Notes: a model not told the origin generated them from the letters alone. Counted from the stretch's first letter, positions 12,771 through 23,345 are shown. The stretch: 64,000 bases of DNA from Candidatus Nanopelagicales bacterium (GCA_018402365.1 JAGYJD010000002.1:2859-66858), one strand, 5' to 3'. A program made the numbers and translations.

Positions 12771-13916
12771 TTGGATCAATACTTTCCACAGGTTCTAGTC
12801 ATTGGGGCGGGGCAATTAGCACGAATGATGATCGAAGCCAGTACTCGTTTAGGCATAAAAGTGCGGGTACTAGCGAATGAAAAAAGTGAATCTGCCGCTC
12901 AAATTTCAAGTGATAATTTTTTTGGTGATTACAACAAAATCGAGGACTTAATTTCAGCTTGCCAGAATATAGAAGTTGTTACTTTCGATCATGAACACGT
13001 CCCTTTGGATTTATTAGCGCAACTTGAAAAAATAAAAGTCAATGTTCGTCCAGGAATAAAAGCGCTGGCATGCTCTCAGAATAAGATTCATATGCGTGAA
13101 ACCTTAGAAAAAGCAGGAATCAGTAATCCTGACTGGTTAGCAACGAATTCAATAAGTAAAGCGCAAGATTTTTTTCAGGCTCATCAAAAGCAAATAATTT
13201 TAAAAGCGGCCACTGGCGGTTATGACGGTAAAGGCGTCTGGGAGATCACTGAACTCAATCAACTGAATCAATTTTTTACCGATCCCGACAGTCAATGGTT
13301 GCTCGAAGAAAAAGTTAGTTTCATTCGAGAATTAGCAGTACAAGTTGTAAGAAGCCCAAGTAACCAAGTAGTGGTTTATCAGCCGGTTGAAACAAGACAA
13401 AAAAATGGGATCTGTAATGAAGTTATTGCGCCCGCCCCTGAATTAGCAGAAGCTCTTAATATCGAAATTCAACAACTCGGGCTAAAGGTTGCGAAAGAAC
13501 TTGAAATTGTGGGGGTTTTTACAATTGAAATGTTCCAATCGCAAGATGGAAGAATCTTGGTAAACGAATTGGCTATGCGCCCACATAATTCGGGGCACTG
13601 GTCAATCGACGGTGCTGTCACGAGTCAATTTGAAAACCACTTGCGAGCTATCTTAGATTTACCGTTGGGCAGTCCAGCTCCTATTTCTAAATTTACTGTT
13701 ATGGCAAATATTTTGGGTGGAGAATTTTTAGACCTTTATCATCCTTATTTGCATTGCCTTGCGCGTGATCCACATTTGAGGGTTCATCTTTACGGCAAGA
13801 GTGTGAAACCAGGTCGTAAGGTTGGGCATGTAAATGTGAGTGGAGATGATTGGTCAGCCTTGCTTGCGAGAGCTCGCCATGCTGCCGATTACTTCACCGG
13901 AAATATTACGGAGTAA
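12771..13916 (+). CDS. purK: 5-(carboxyamino)imidazole ribonucleotide synthase
   Basis: 381 aa ATP-grasp protein with GAGQLARMM at the N-terminus, [13 protein letters not shown], and GRKVGHV near the C-terminus. Confidence 0.9.
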   Translation: MDQYFPQVLVIGAGQLARMMIEASTRLGIKVRVLANEKSESAAQISSDNFFGDYNKIEDLISACQNIEVVTFDHEHVPLDLLAQLEKIKVNVRPGIKALACSQNKIHMRETLEKAGISNPDWLATNSISKAQDFFQAHQKQIILKAATGGYDGKGVWEITELNQLNQFFTDPDSQWLLEEKVSFIRELAVQVVRSPSNQVVVYQPVETRQKNGICNEVIAPAPELAEALNIEIQQLGLKVAKELEIVGVFTIEMFQSQDGRILVNELAMRPHNSGHWSIDGAVTSQFENHLRAILDLPLGSPAPISKFTVMANILGGEFLDLYHPYLHCLARDPHLRVHLYGKSVKPGRKVGHVNVSGDDWSALLARARHAADYFTGNITE

Positions 13917-13918
13917 TC

Positions 13919-14404
13919 GTGAATAACCCAAGTGTTTCGATTGTGATGGGAAGTATTTCCGATAAAGAAACTTTGGCGGGTGCCATTGAGATTTTTGAGG
14001 ATTTTCAAGTTAATTACGAAGTGCAAGTTCAAAGTGCCCATCGCAGCGCTGATGAAATGTTGCAATTCGCAAAAGATGCGAAAGGTCGCGGGGTAAGAAT
14101 AATAATTGCGGCGGCCGGTGGAGCCGCTCATTTGCCGGGAATGATTGCTTCGGTAACTACCTTGCCGGTAATCGGCGTCCCGGTTCCCTTAAAAAATTTG
14201 GCAGGACTTGACTCATTGCTTTCAATTGCACAAATGCCAGCGGGTATTCCAGTTGCAACGGTAGGAATTGCTAACAGCAAAAATGCTGCCTTACTAGCAG
14301 TGAGAATTTTAGCTATATCTGACGAAGGTCTCGATATTAAATTGCAAGAATTTCACCTCGAGCAAAAAAAAGTTGTGAAAGAACAGAATAAAAAATTAAA
14401 TTAA
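13919..14404 (+). CDS. purE: 5-(carboxyamino)imidazole ribonucleotide mutase
   Basis: [10 protein letters not shown] and [11 protein letters not shown] motifs. GTG at 13919 lies 3 nt after the purK stop; the ORF-track start at 13850 lies inside purK. Confidence 0.9.
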   Translation: MNNPSVSIVMGSISDKETLAGAIEIFEDFQVNYEVQVQSAHRSADEMLQFAKDAKGRGVRIIIAAAGGAAHLPGMIASVTTLPVIGVPVPLKNLAGLDSLLSIAQMPAGIPVATVGIANSKNAALLAVRILAISDEGLDIKLQEFHLEQKKVVKEQNKKLN

Positions 14405-15375
14405 TTAGGGTAGGTAGGTAATTTACCTTGCGAAATGTCCGAGAGAACTTCGCTAGCTGCTGGCTCTACCGGCACCAAAACTGCTCCCACATTCTCAATC
14501 TTTCCACCTGATTCAACCGGAAGCGTACCTGATTTTATTTCACGCAATGCTGCGACCATAAGCAATGAGATGTCAAATGCATTTGTTTTTTCATCAACAG
14601 TGATGGCGCTACCTAAATCCCAGGCGATTCTAAATTGAGCAATTGGATTTAACAAAGTAGAGATACTCGTACTTTTTTTAACTACCGCTTTTATAATTTC
14701 TTGTTGACGCTCCACTCTTCCTAAATCACCTTTAGGATCGGTGTAGCGGGCACGGGAATAGGCCAATGCGGTTTTACCGTCAATCACTTGACAGCCTGCT
14801 GAGAGGTAGAGGCCAGCTTTTTCATCGGCAAAATCTTGATTTGGGCAAACTTCTACTCCGCCCACTGCCTCGACCAGTTTCACTAACCCAACAAATCCCA
14901 CCTCTAGGTAATGCTCTACCTGAAATTCGGCAAAGTTTTCAACTGTTTGCACGCTTAATTCTGGGCCACCAAATGCGTAAGCTGCGTTAATTTTGTTTTC
15001 TCTCACTGGGCGCTCCCCATAAGCCGGAATCTCTACCAAAAGATCGCGCGGCAGGCTTGTCAAAGAAACTCCTGAAAATGACTCAGCCACTGATAACAAA
15101 ATTATGGTGTCGGCTCGAGCGCCTTCAAACTTGCCCAAAGGCACCCCAGCTAAGGCTGGATCTTTTTTATCCTCACGTGAGTCCGAGCCCATCAACAGCC
15201 AGGTTTGGCCAAGCGGGCTGGTCTGTGAGGATTTTTCTGGTAAGGCAGAAATATTATTTAAGCGAAAATTAAAAACTAGCGCCAGTGTCAAAAGCCAGAG
15301 TATTAATAAAATCAACAGTAAACGAAAACGTCGGGGCCAAACAGATTTTTTTGGGGGTAATTCAACTTCGCTCAT
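14401..15375 (-). CDS. LytR-CpsA-Psr (LCP) family cell-wall glycopolymer ligase
   Basis: N-terminal TM helix followed by an LCP core (LLMGSDSRE...RADTIIL...SLPRDL). Confidence 0.8.
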   Translation of the reverse strand: MSEVELPPKKSVWPRRFRLLLILLILWLLTLALVFNFRLNNISALPEKSSQTSPLGQTWLLMGSDSREDKKDPALAGVPLGKFEGARADTIILLSVAESFSGVSLTSLPRDLLVEIPAYGERPVRENKINAAYAFGGPELSVQTVENFAEFQVEHYLEVGFVGLVKLVEAVGGVEVCPNQDFADEKAGLYLSAGCQVIDGKTALAYSRARYTDPKGDLGRVERQQEIIKAVVKKSTSISTLLNPIAQFRIAWDLGSAITVDEKTNAFDISLLMVAALREIKSGTLPVESGGKIENVGAVLVPVEPAASEVLSDISQGKLPTYPN

Positions 15376-15416
15376 ATGGCAATCGTACGGCTTAAGTTGT
15401 AATAGATTGGAGCAAC

Positions 15417-16397
15417 ATGAGTCAAAGTCAACCAGCGGTAAGTGTGATCATGCCAATCCTCAATGAAGAGCGGCATTTAGCCAATGCGGTTGATCAAGTC
15501 TTTGCGCAGGATTATCTTGGTGAGATTGAGTTAATTTTGGCTTTAGGTCCAAGTAAAGACCAAACCAATCAGGTGGCGGCAGCACTTTCAAAAAAATATC
15601 CAAAGATGATTCTGATTGAAAATCCTTCAGGTAAAACGCCCACCGCTTTAAACTTAGCTATCAAGGCTGCTAATCACCCAATTATTGCTCGACTTGATGG
15701 ACACGCTTTAATCGAAAAAAGTTATCTATCTCTAGCTGTTAAAATTTTATTTTCTTCCGATGCTGACAACGTTGGTGGAATCATGAACGCTCAAGGCACT
15801 ACTGATTTTGAAATTGCAGTCGCAAAAGCTATGACAAGTAAATTTGGAGTGGGTAATGCACCTTTTCATGTGGGTGGAGAAGCCGGTGAAGCATTAACTG
15901 TGTACTTAGGGGTTTTCAAAAAAGAAATTTTTAACAGAGTCGGATTATTTGATGAATCTTTTATTAGAGCACAAGATTGGGAAATGAATCATCGCATCAG
16001 AATGAGCGGTGGCAAAATTTGGTTTGATCCAAAATTAAAAGTTACCTATCGCCCGCGACCTAGTTTTGCAAGTTTGGCAAAGCAGTATTTTCAATATGGT
16101 CAAGGAAGAAGAAGGATCACCCAGACTCATCGGGGAACCGCTTCACTTAGGTATCTAGCGCCACCGCTCACTGTGCTTGGGTTGTTGCTCGGTGCTTTGC
16201 TGGGGATGGCCGGCCTCACCTTGGGATTGCCCATTTTAACTTTAGGTTTTCTCGCTCCTGTTGTGTATTTTTCTGCAGTTTTACTAGCAGCTAGCAGCGG
16301 CTTGAAGGGTTTGAGTGTAAAAAGCTCACTTTATTTACCCTTGGTTTTTGTTTGTATGCATATTTGTTGGGGCGTTGGCTTTCTAAAGCGCGCTTAG
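15417..16397 (+). CDS. family 2 glycosyltransferase with C-terminal TM segments
   Basis: VSVIMPILNEE GT-A N-terminus, a DGH/DxD-like region (ARLDGHA), and QDWEMNHR. Confidence 0.8.
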   Translation: MSQSQPAVSVIMPILNEERHLANAVDQVFAQDYLGEIELILALGPSKDQTNQVAAALSKKYPKMILIENPSGKTPTALNLAIKAANHPIIARLDGHALIEKSYLSLAVKILFSSDADNVGGIMNAQGTTDFEIAVAKAMTSKFGVGNAPFHVGGEAGEALTVYLGVFKKEIFNRVGLFDESFIRAQDWEMNHRIRMSGGKIWFDPKLKVTYRPRPSFASLAKQYFQYGQGRRRITQTHRGTASLRYLAPPLTVLGLLLGALLGMAGLTLGLPILTLGFLAPVVYFSAVLLAASSGLKGLSVKSSLYLPLVFVCMHICWGVGFLKRA

Positions 16398-16439
16398 GCA
16401 TTAATCTCAAGACTGACGCAATTGACCGAGGAGTAAAAC

Positions 16440-17201
16440 TTGAAGCATTTTCAAGCGCTTCAACTCTTAGTGGTTAGAGATTTGCAGATTAGATATGCCG
16501 GTACTTGGCTGGGCTACTTGTGGTCTCTCTTGGATCCGCTGTTTTTGGCTTTGATTTATTGGATGGTTTTCACAGTGATCTTGGGCGCCAGAGGTGTTGG
16601 CGAACAGCCCTACCTATTGTTCTTGCTAGCTGGAATTTTGCCTTGGGTTTGGTTATCTTCTTCGCTGAGCGATTCATCGCGAGCGCTGATTACTGAAAAC
16701 CGCTTGGTTCGCTCAATTTCTTTACCCAGAATGTTGTGGGTCATTAAATCAATCACTGCGAAAGCTGCTGAGTTCGTCTTTGCTTTACCAATTTTGATTA
16801 CCGTCGCAATTATTTTTAATAAGAGCGTCAGCTGGGAACTTCTCTGGTTTCCTATAGCTTTTATTTTGCAATATTTCTTGTTAGTTGGTATTGGTTTACT
16901 TTTGGCGCCCTTAACAGTTTTAGCACGTGATGTGAAAAATATAATACGGCTCTTAGTCAGGTTAGGTTTTTATCTAACTCCCATTATTTATTCAGTTTCT
17001 GATATCCCAGAAGCTGCTCAATTTTTAAGTTATTTCAATCCAATGACTGGAATTGTGACCTTATATCGAGCCGGATTTTGGCCGCAAGGAGCCGAAATTC
17101 TTTACCCCTTAATTTCTGCAGTAGTTTGGTCGCTGGGGCTATTTACTCTAGGCGTTATTTTCTTTAGAAAAATTGAAGCTACAGTTTTAAAGGAGGTGTG
17201 A
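16440..17201 (+). CDS. ABC-2 type polysaccharide/teichoic-acid exporter permease (Wzm/TagG-like)
   Basis: 253 aa with 6 TM helices and an RYAGTWLGYLWSLLDPL N-terminal signature. It overlaps the ATPase gene by 4 nt. Confidence 0.8.
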   Translation: MKHFQALQLLVVRDLQIRYAGTWLGYLWSLLDPLFLALIYWMVFTVILGARGVGEQPYLLFLLAGILPWVWLSSSLSDSSRALITENRLVRSISLPRMLWVIKSITAKAAEFVFALPILITVAIIFNKSVSWELLWFPIAFILQYFLLVGIGLLLAPLTVLARDVKNIIRLLVRLGFYLTPIIYSVSDIPEAAQFLSYFNPMTGIVTLYRAGFWPQGAEILYPLISAVVWSLGLFTLGVIFFRKIEATVLKEV

Positions 17202-17944
17202 TGGATACCGTAATTTCAGTTGAAAACGTAGGAATAAGATTTAATCGTAATCGAAAAAGAAAATTTTCAATTCGAGAAATGGTTTTGCAAACTAAAAACA
17301 CAACCCCTAAAGGTGCTTTCTGGGCGTTACGTAACATCTCGTTCGAAGTAAAAAAAGGTGAAGCTGTTGGGTTAGTAGGCGCTAACGGACAAGGGAAAAG
17401 TACTTTATTAAGAATTATTGCTGGCGTCTTGATCCCAGATGAGGGAAGAGTTGCAGTCAATGGTGGAGTTGCGCCAGTAATTGAATTAACTGGCGGTTTA
17501 AAGAGTGATTTAACAGCGCGTGACAATATTTCGTTAGTTGCAAGATTGCACGGTTTAACAAAAAAACAAGTAGCTGAACGCTTTGATGACATTGTAGATT
17601 TTTCGGGAATTGCAGACTTTTTGGATACTCCAGTGAGACATTTTTCTAGCGGCATGAGAGTTAGATTAGGTTTTTCTATTGTTACTGCTTTAGACGAACC
17701 AATTTTGCTAGTAGATGAAGCTTTGGCGGTAGGTGATGCTGAGTTTAAAATTAAGTGCTACCACCGAATGGAGCAGTTGTTGGCGCAAGGCAAGACTTTA
17801 TTTTTGGTAAGCCACAAAGAAGAAGACTTAACCCGATTTTGTAAGCGGGGACTTTATTTGCAGCAGGGACGACTGCTGGTTGATGGAACCCTTAAGGAGG
17901 CGCTAGCCGCCCACCTAACAGAGCAGGGTGCCGTAGATGAGTAA
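17198..17944 (+). CDS. ABC exporter ATP-binding protein (Wzt/TagH-like)
   Basis: Walker A GANGQGKST, signature FSSGMRVRLGF, and Walker B ILLVDEAL. Confidence 0.85.
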   Translation: MMDTVISVENVGIRFNRNRKRKFSIREMVLQTKNTTPKGAFWALRNISFEVKKGEAVGLVGANGQGKSTLLRIIAGVLIPDEGRVAVNGGVAPVIELTGGLKSDLTARDNISLVARLHGLTKKQVAERFDDIVDFSGIADFLDTPVRHFSSGMRVRLGFSIVTALDEPILLVDEALAVGDAEFKIKCYHRMEQLLAQGKTLFLVSHKEEDLTRFCKRGLYLQQGRLLVDGTLKEALAAHLTEQGAVDE

Positions 17945-18707
17945 TTATTCGATAGCTGAGATACGCGAACTAGGCCAGCCAGCCAGTGTGATGAATAGGC
18001 GGGTGGCTGAGCACTGGACTGGTCCAGCCTATCTTCGAAAGTTCTCACCATATGTGAGTTACATTTTTTTAAAACTTCATTTTTCTCCAACTTCCGTGAC
18101 TTGGTTAATGGTCTTGCTGGGTTGGTTGGCTAGTTGGATACTTACTAATCCTGCTTTGTGGGCAGTCTTTTTAGTATTTGTCTTGGCGCAAGTACAAATG
18201 TTGTTGGACTGTTCTGATGGAGAAGTGGCGCGAGTCACTAAAAAATTTAATCCAGCCGGAATTTATGTTGATCGAATTGGTCACTACACAACCGAAAGCT
18301 TTTTTGCGGTGGCATTTGGTATCAGGCTATTTCAAAATGGAGATTTGAGAGATGTTGTCTGGGGGTTGTTGCTGGCACTTTTGATTGTCTTTAACAAACT
18401 TCTCAATGACTTGGTACACGTGACACGAGCACTTTCTGGATTAGAAAAACTTTCAGAAAATCCAAAAGTAGCGGTACCTAATAATATTTTACTAAAATCA
18501 GTAAAGGTTTTATTTAAGCTTCTTCCGATACATAAACTTTTTCATTCGATTGAATTAGCATTTATTTTCTTGATATCGGGGCTAATTCAATATTTCTTTA
18601 TTGAAAATTTTGAAAGATTTACTTTGCAGTTTTTAACAATAGCGGCTTTTGTGGTGGTGGTCGGCCATACCGCGGCAATTTTAAACTCTAATAGATTAAA
18701 GAGCTAA
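17937..18707 (+). CDS. CDP-alcohol phosphatidyltransferase family membrane protein (variant motif)
   Basis: The motif reads DCSDGEVAR-x8-G-x3-D-x3-H, so the last Asp of the family motif is His. The protein is polytopic. Confidence 0.65.
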   Translation: MSNYSIAEIRELGQPASVMNRRVAEHWTGPAYLRKFSPYVSYIFLKLHFSPTSVTWLMVLLGWLASWILTNPALWAVFLVFVLAQVQMLLDCSDGEVARVTKKFNPAGIYVDRIGHYTTESFFAVAFGIRLFQNGDLRDVVWGLLLALLIVFNKLLNDLVHVTRALSGLEKLSENPKVAVPNNILLKSVKVLFKLLPIHKLFHSIELAFIFLISGLIQYFFIENFERFTLQFLTIAAFVVVVGHTAAILNSNRLKS

Positions 18708-18709
18708 TT

Positions 18710-19570
18710 ATGAAAGCCAAATTTGGTTGCGTAGTTTTAACTCAAGGAAAAAGACCAGAACAACTAACTATGGCAATAAATTCTGTTCTTGGACAAATTG
18801 GTGTCGAAATTGATTTGGTAGTGGTAGGAAACGGGTTTGATCCGAAAAGTGAGGTAAGTACCAAAACAGTTTTTTTACCTGAAAATATCGGCATCCCCGC
18901 TGGCCGCAACGCCGGAGTTTCAGCTGTTGTGGGCGATTATTTATTTTTTTTAGATGACGATGTTTTTTTACCCGACGAAGACTTCTTAATACGAGCAGCT
19001 AAAACTTTTGAAAAAAATAATAAAATTGGCTTAATCCAGCCGCAACCTCAAGATCCGCAGGGCTTACCAACTCCTCGCAGGTGGATCCCACGAGTCTGGG
19101 TTGGGGATCCTGATCGCTCCAGTAAAGCTTTCTCTCTTTGGGAGGGGGCAACTTTGATTCGGCGTGAAGATTTTGAAGAGGTAAAAGGGTGGCCGGATGA
19201 TTTTTTTTATGGTCACGAAGGGATAGCGCTGGTTTGGCGAATTTGGAATTGCGGTAAGACTTGTGAATATCAAGCCGACTTAGTTGTAGCGCATCCTATG
19301 GTGGAGCCAAGTAGTCGTCATGCAGACTTTTATTTTTACAACGCTCGTAACCGTCAATGGTTAGCAAATAGATTCTTACCATTTGGGGTAAAGCAAATTT
19401 ATCTTTTTAATTGGTTTTGGTTAACTCGGTTACGATTAGGTGGCAATAAACCAGCTTGGCAGGGGTGGCTTAACGGTTGGCGGGAGGGTAAAACAGATTT
19501 AAATAAAGAGACTCTTAAATTTATAACCTTAATGAGAATTTTGCGTTGGGGAAGATTCTTAGTTATTTAG
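18710..19570 (+). CDS. family 2 glycosyltransferase (WbbL-like by position)
   Basis: GT-A fold with NIGIPAGRNAG and FLDDDV. Its position next to LCP and manC recalls mycobacterial wbbL1. Confidence 0.65.
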   Translation: MKAKFGCVVLTQGKRPEQLTMAINSVLGQIGVEIDLVVVGNGFDPKSEVSTKTVFLPENIGIPAGRNAGVSAVVGDYLFFLDDDVFLPDEDFLIRAAKTFEKNNKIGLIQPQPQDPQGLPTPRRWIPRVWVGDPDRSSKAFSLWEGATLIRREDFEEVKGWPDDFFYGHEGIALVWRIWNCGKTCEYQADLVVAHPMVEPSSRHADFYFYNARNRQWLANRFLPFGVKQIYLFNWFWLTRLRLGGNKPAWQGWLNGWREGKTDLNKETLKFITLMRILRWGRFLVI

Positions 19571-21045
19571 TTTTCATCTACTGGACAAAATAACCCAGTT
19601 TTTGGCGCTCCGGTAGTTTCAGTTGGCTCCACCGTTGGCTCAGGTTCCGGCACCAATTCCACTTCAGGAGCAACAAATTCGCTTGGTGCGTCGTTGCCCA
19701 AAATCACAACTACATCCGCCCCAATAAGTTCAGCATCTTCACTTAGATTCGAAATTTGTAAGGCGTTAGCAACTAACTGGGCTTTTTCTTCTGCGCCAGG
19801 AGCGTAAACCAAAAGTGTATTTGCCGTGTCCTTGTTAGGTGCATTATCAATTTCATCAATTTGAAAACCTTGTGACTTTAAATATTCGCTGGTTGCGGCA
19901 GCGAAGCCAGCACGACGTGTTCCGTTCAACACCGTAACCACAACGTCTGACGCCACTGGGCCGGTGGGAGCGGGAGCTTCCTCAACCGCCTCCTCAGCTG
20001 CTTCTTCAGTAGCAACCGTGTCATCAACTGACGCGGAAACACTTGGTAACGAACTTTGAATGATGTTTTGCCAAAGCGTGTTTGCTTCTTCAGTCCATTC
20101 CACAGTGTTACCACCCGGGGAGAGGACGAAGGGAACTGTTAAAAATGTGATGTCTTTACTTTTTAAACCGCCAACACTTTGAGCAAGTGTGATGAGTGAA
20201 TCAATATTGGCGAGTCCCTCATCCATTCTTAGAGAAGAGGTGGCAGCCGTGGCAACACGATAAAGAGTTGTGAAATCAGTGATCACATTTTTTCTTTGAA
20301 TTTGATCGATCGTGATAGCGAGCAGTTCTTGTTGCCTTTTTATTCTTGCTAAGTCACTTCCGTCAGCCAAGGTGTAGCGAGCTCGCATCAGCCCTAAAGC
20401 ATCACTACCACGCAGAGTCTGAATTCCTGCAGGCAAAGCAATACCGGCACCGCGAGCTGAGGGTTCGTTGATTGGAAAATTTAAACAAACTTCAATTCCA
20501 CCAAGTGCATCAACTACATTTGAAAACCCTAAAAAATCAATTACTACTGCATGATTAATTTCAATTCCAGTTAGACTTTCAAAAGTTTTGATAGTGCAAG
20601 ATGGCCCCGCTAAGGCAAACGCCGCATTAAAGCGATCCACGCGTGAATTTATAACTTGACCGTCTTCACGCGTGCAAACTGGAATTTGCACCATCGAATC
20701 TCTAGGGATGCTAACGATGACCGCAGATTTACGGTCGGGATTTAGATGCACCAACATGGTGGTGTCACTGCGACCTTCCCCACCGTAGTTTTCTTCGCTT
20801 CCGAAATCCCCGCCTTGATCGGTGCGAGTATCGGTTCCCATTAATAGAAAATTAAGGGGACCAGATTCTGGTACTGGGGTAGGTGACTCTAAGACCTTGA
20901 TTGGTTCGATTTTGTCGGTTATTTGCAAGGTGGCATATCCTAAAAAACCCGCGATTACGCTGATAGCTACTACCGCGGTTGATCCAATTGCTAAAGAAAT
21001 TCGGATTTTGGACCGACTCGGCTTATTTTCAGAAAGTTCACTCAT
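19567..21045 (-). CDS. LCP family ligase with a C-terminal LytR_C domain
   Basis: TM helix, LCP core (LLMGTDTR...RSDTTMLV...SIPRDS), an E/A/P-rich linker, and a LytR_C-like domain (VVVTVLNGTRRAGFAA). Confidence 0.8.
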   Translation of the reverse strand: MSELSENKPSRSKIRISLAIGSTAVVAISVIAGFLGYATLQITDKIEPIKVLESPTPVPESGPLNFLLMGTDTRTDQGGDFGSEENYGGEGRSDTTMLVHLNPDRKSAVIVSIPRDSMVQIPVCTREDGQVINSRVDRFNAAFALAGPSCTIKTFESLTGIEINHAVVIDFLGFSNVVDALGGIEVCLNFPINEPSARGAGIALPAGIQTLRGSDALGLMRARYTLADGSDLARIKRQQELLAITIDQIQRKNVITDFTTLYRVATAATSSLRMDEGLANIDSLITLAQSVGGLKSKDITFLTVPFVLSPGGNTVEWTEEANTLWQNIIQSSLPSVSASVDDTVATEEAAEEAVEEAPAPTGPVASDVVVTVLNGTRRAGFAAATSEYLKSQGFQIDEIDNAPNKDTANTLLVYAPGAEEKAQLVANALQISNLSEDAELIGADVVVILGNDAPSEFVAPEVELVPEPEPTVEPTETTGAPKTGLFCPVDEN

Positions 21046-21149
21046 ATTGTGTAGACCATGTTACGGGTGGGCCTTGAAAAGTCACACTTATGTCTGCTTT
21101 TAGGGCGTGCCGCCCCTATCTAAAACTAATCATTAATAAAGTAAAGCGC

Positions 21150-22184
21150 ATGAAAATTAAACCAAATAAATTTGCCTCTCTTTCAGCCCTTCTAGCTCTG
21201 AGTTTGCTTCTTTCCGCTTGCGGGGGTGGCGATACAGCAGAGGAGGCTGCTGAAACACCAACTGATGAAACAAATCAAGAGCAGCCAGCCCCAGCAGAAG
21301 TCTCTGATCTAAATCCATTTACCGGAAAACCCGGTGGTTTGGATAATCCAGTCATCGTTGTGAAGATTGACAATGTGAATCCAGCGCGTCCGCAATGGGG
21401 ATTAGCCGAAGCAGATCTTGTGTTTGTGGAGGAAGTAGAAGCTGGCTTGACACGTATTGCCGCCGTCTTCGCATCTAACCAGCCTGAGAAAGTTGGACCA
21501 GTACGAAGCGCTCGCATCTCAGACTTAGAAATTTTAGAACAGTTTGGCACTCCTGCTTTTGCTTACAGTGGCGCCCAAAGAAGATTGCTTCCAGAAATTG
21601 CTGCCGCAAACATAGTTGAATTAGCGCATGGGTCAAGTGGCGGTGTTTATAATCGCGAAGCCACCAAGCGCGCCCCCCACAATCTAACAATTGACTTAAA
21701 AGAAGCGGGGGCAACATTGGTCGGGGTTTCTACTCCAAAAGATATTGGCCTAACTTTTGATGCTACCGCTGCAACAGGCGGAACTGCTACCAGCACTTTT
21801 AATGCCAAATGGCCAGCCTCACGAGTTGGGGCCGAATGGGATTCGGTCAACAATGGTTGGGTGATTGCGCTAGACAGCGCACCAGCTTTAGATGCAAATA
21901 CTAATGCGCCAATTTTTGCCAACAATGTAATTATTCAGTACGTCAATCAAGGTGACAGTATTTATAAGGACAGTGGAGGAAACTTCACACCACTAATCGA
22001 AACCGTAGGTAGCGGAAACGCAGTAGTGCTCCGTGATGGTCAAAGGTTTGACGTATCTTGGACTCGCCCCACCGCCACTAGTGGCACTATTTACAACCGA
22101 GCCGGAGCTCCGATGGCGTTTGCTCCTGGGCAAACCTGGGTGCTCTATGTGCCGGTCAATTACGACGTCACGTTTGAACCGTAA
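21150..22184 (+). CDS. DUF3048 family lipoprotein
   Basis: Lipobox LLLSAC. NPFTGKP...VVKIDNVNPARPQWGL..ADLVFVEEVEAGLTRIAAVF...GPVRSAR is the DUF3048 signature. ATG at 21150. Confidence 0.72.
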   Translation: MKIKPNKFASLSALLALSLLLSACGGGDTAEEAAETPTDETNQEQPAPAEVSDLNPFTGKPGGLDNPVIVVKIDNVNPARPQWGLAEADLVFVEEVEAGLTRIAAVFASNQPEKVGPVRSARISDLEILEQFGTPAFAYSGAQRRLLPEIAAANIVELAHGSSGGVYNREATKRAPHNLTIDLKEAGATLVGVSTPKDIGLTFDATAATGGTATSTFNAKWPASRVGAEWDSVNNGWVIALDSAPALDANTNAPIFANNVIIQYVNQGDSIYKDSGGNFTPLIETVGSGNAVVLRDGQRFDVSWTRPTATSGTIYNRAGAPMAFAPGQTWVLYVPVNYDVTFEP

Positions 22185-22220
22185 ATAGACCGAGCGCAAA
22201 GCGTTTATTAGATTGGCTAA

Positions 22221-23303
22221 ATGGAGGCAATACTTTTAGTTGGGGGTGCCGGTACTCGCCTGCACCCGCTAACCCTCTCGGTACCAAAGCCACTATTACC
22301 AGTGGTAAATGCGACCTTGATTGAACATCAAATCGCGCTAGCTAAATCCCACGGAATTAATAGGATCGTTTTAGGTACCAGCTACAAGGCTGAAATTTTC
22401 AAAGAAACTTTGAAAGATGGCTCTCACTTAGGGGTAGAAATTGTTTACGCCTTTGAGCCCGAACCACTCGGGACGGGTGGGGCAATCCGTAATGCCGCCG
22501 AGCAATTAATCAGTGGTCTGACCGATCCCGTTGCCATTTTTAACGGTGACATTCTAAGTCAAGTAAACATCACTCAATTAGTACAAGTTTTTTTTAGACA
22601 TAGTGCGGATGTAGTTATTTATTTGACTCGAGTGAAAGACCCTAAATCTTTTGGGCTCGTCCCAACCGCGCTTGATGGTCGAGTTAGCGCATTTACCGAA
22701 AAACCTCAGACGGAATCAGAAATTATCACCGATCAGATTAACGCCGGAGTCTATATCTTTAAGCGCTCTGTAATTGATGAAATACCACTAGGTCAGGTGA
22801 GTTCAGTGGAGCGAGACGTTTTTCCGAGGTTTCTTGAAGATAATTTTAAAGTCTTTGCCGATGTGCAGGACTGTTATTGGTTAGATTTAGGTACTTCCAG
22901 TTCTTTTATAAAAGGAGCTACCGATTTAGTGAGCGAGAAATTTTTTTCGCCACTATTTAACTCAAGTAATTTCGAGGCTTGGGTAGATCCCAGCGCACAA
23001 ATTAATCCCACAGCCTTGATTCGAGGAGCCAGCGTGGTGGGTGGTGGCTGTGCGATCGGGGCAAATAATCAGATTAACTCCAGTGTGCTGATGGACTCGG
23101 TAAAAACTGAATCTGAAGTAATAGTTGAAAATTCAATCATCTCAGCTGGAGTAAAAATCGAACAGGGCGCCAGCGTAGTTGATTCGGTAATTGGAGCGGG
23201 CGCAATTATCAAAAAGGGTGCGGTCTTAGAGTCCTGCAAGGTTTGGCCCGCGGTAGAAGTTTCCGGTGAGTTTCACAATACGGAATCTTTAACCCAAATT
23301 TAG
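22221..23303 (+). CDS. manC: mannose-1-phosphate guanylyltransferase (NDP-sugar pyrophosphorylase + LbH domain)
   Basis: LVGGAGTRLHPLT and EPEPLGTGGAI motifs with a C-terminal hexapeptide-repeat region. It lies adjacent to whiB, as does the Rv3264c-type gene. Confidence 0.8.
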   Translation: MEAILLVGGAGTRLHPLTLSVPKPLLPVVNATLIEHQIALAKSHGINRIVLGTSYKAEIFKETLKDGSHLGVEIVYAFEPEPLGTGGAIRNAAEQLISGLTDPVAIFNGDILSQVNITQLVQVFFRHSADVVIYLTRVKDPKSFGLVPTALDGRVSAFTEKPQTESEIITDQINAGVYIFKRSVIDEIPLGQVSSVERDVFPRFLEDNFKVFADVQDCYWLDLGTSSSFIKGATDLVSEKFFSPLFNSSNFEAWVDPSAQINPTALIRGASVVGGGCAIGANNQINSSVLMDSVKTESEVIVENSIISAGVKIEQGASVVDSVIGAGAIIKKGAVLESCKVWPAVEVSGEFHNTESLTQI

Positions 23304-23345
23304 TGCTCTCAAGCAGTGAAATTCCCTATTTTTTCACTAAACTAC

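Noticed and set aside
13850-13918. The ORF track gives long 5' extensions for purE (13850), birA (11900), DUF3048 (21090), fadD (9479), maf (10156), whiB (23395) and the MFS gene (51501).
   Set aside because: The extensions overlap upstream genes or add non-homologous N-termini. Internal ATG/GTG starts fit the family N-termini, SD spacing, or 4-nt stop/start overlaps.
19955-20015. A repetitive-looking GAG/GCT-rich stretch.
   Set aside because: It encodes the E/A/P-rich linker (ATEEAAEEAVEEAPAP) of the LCP protein. This is low-complexity coding sequence, not a CRISPR array or tandem repeat.
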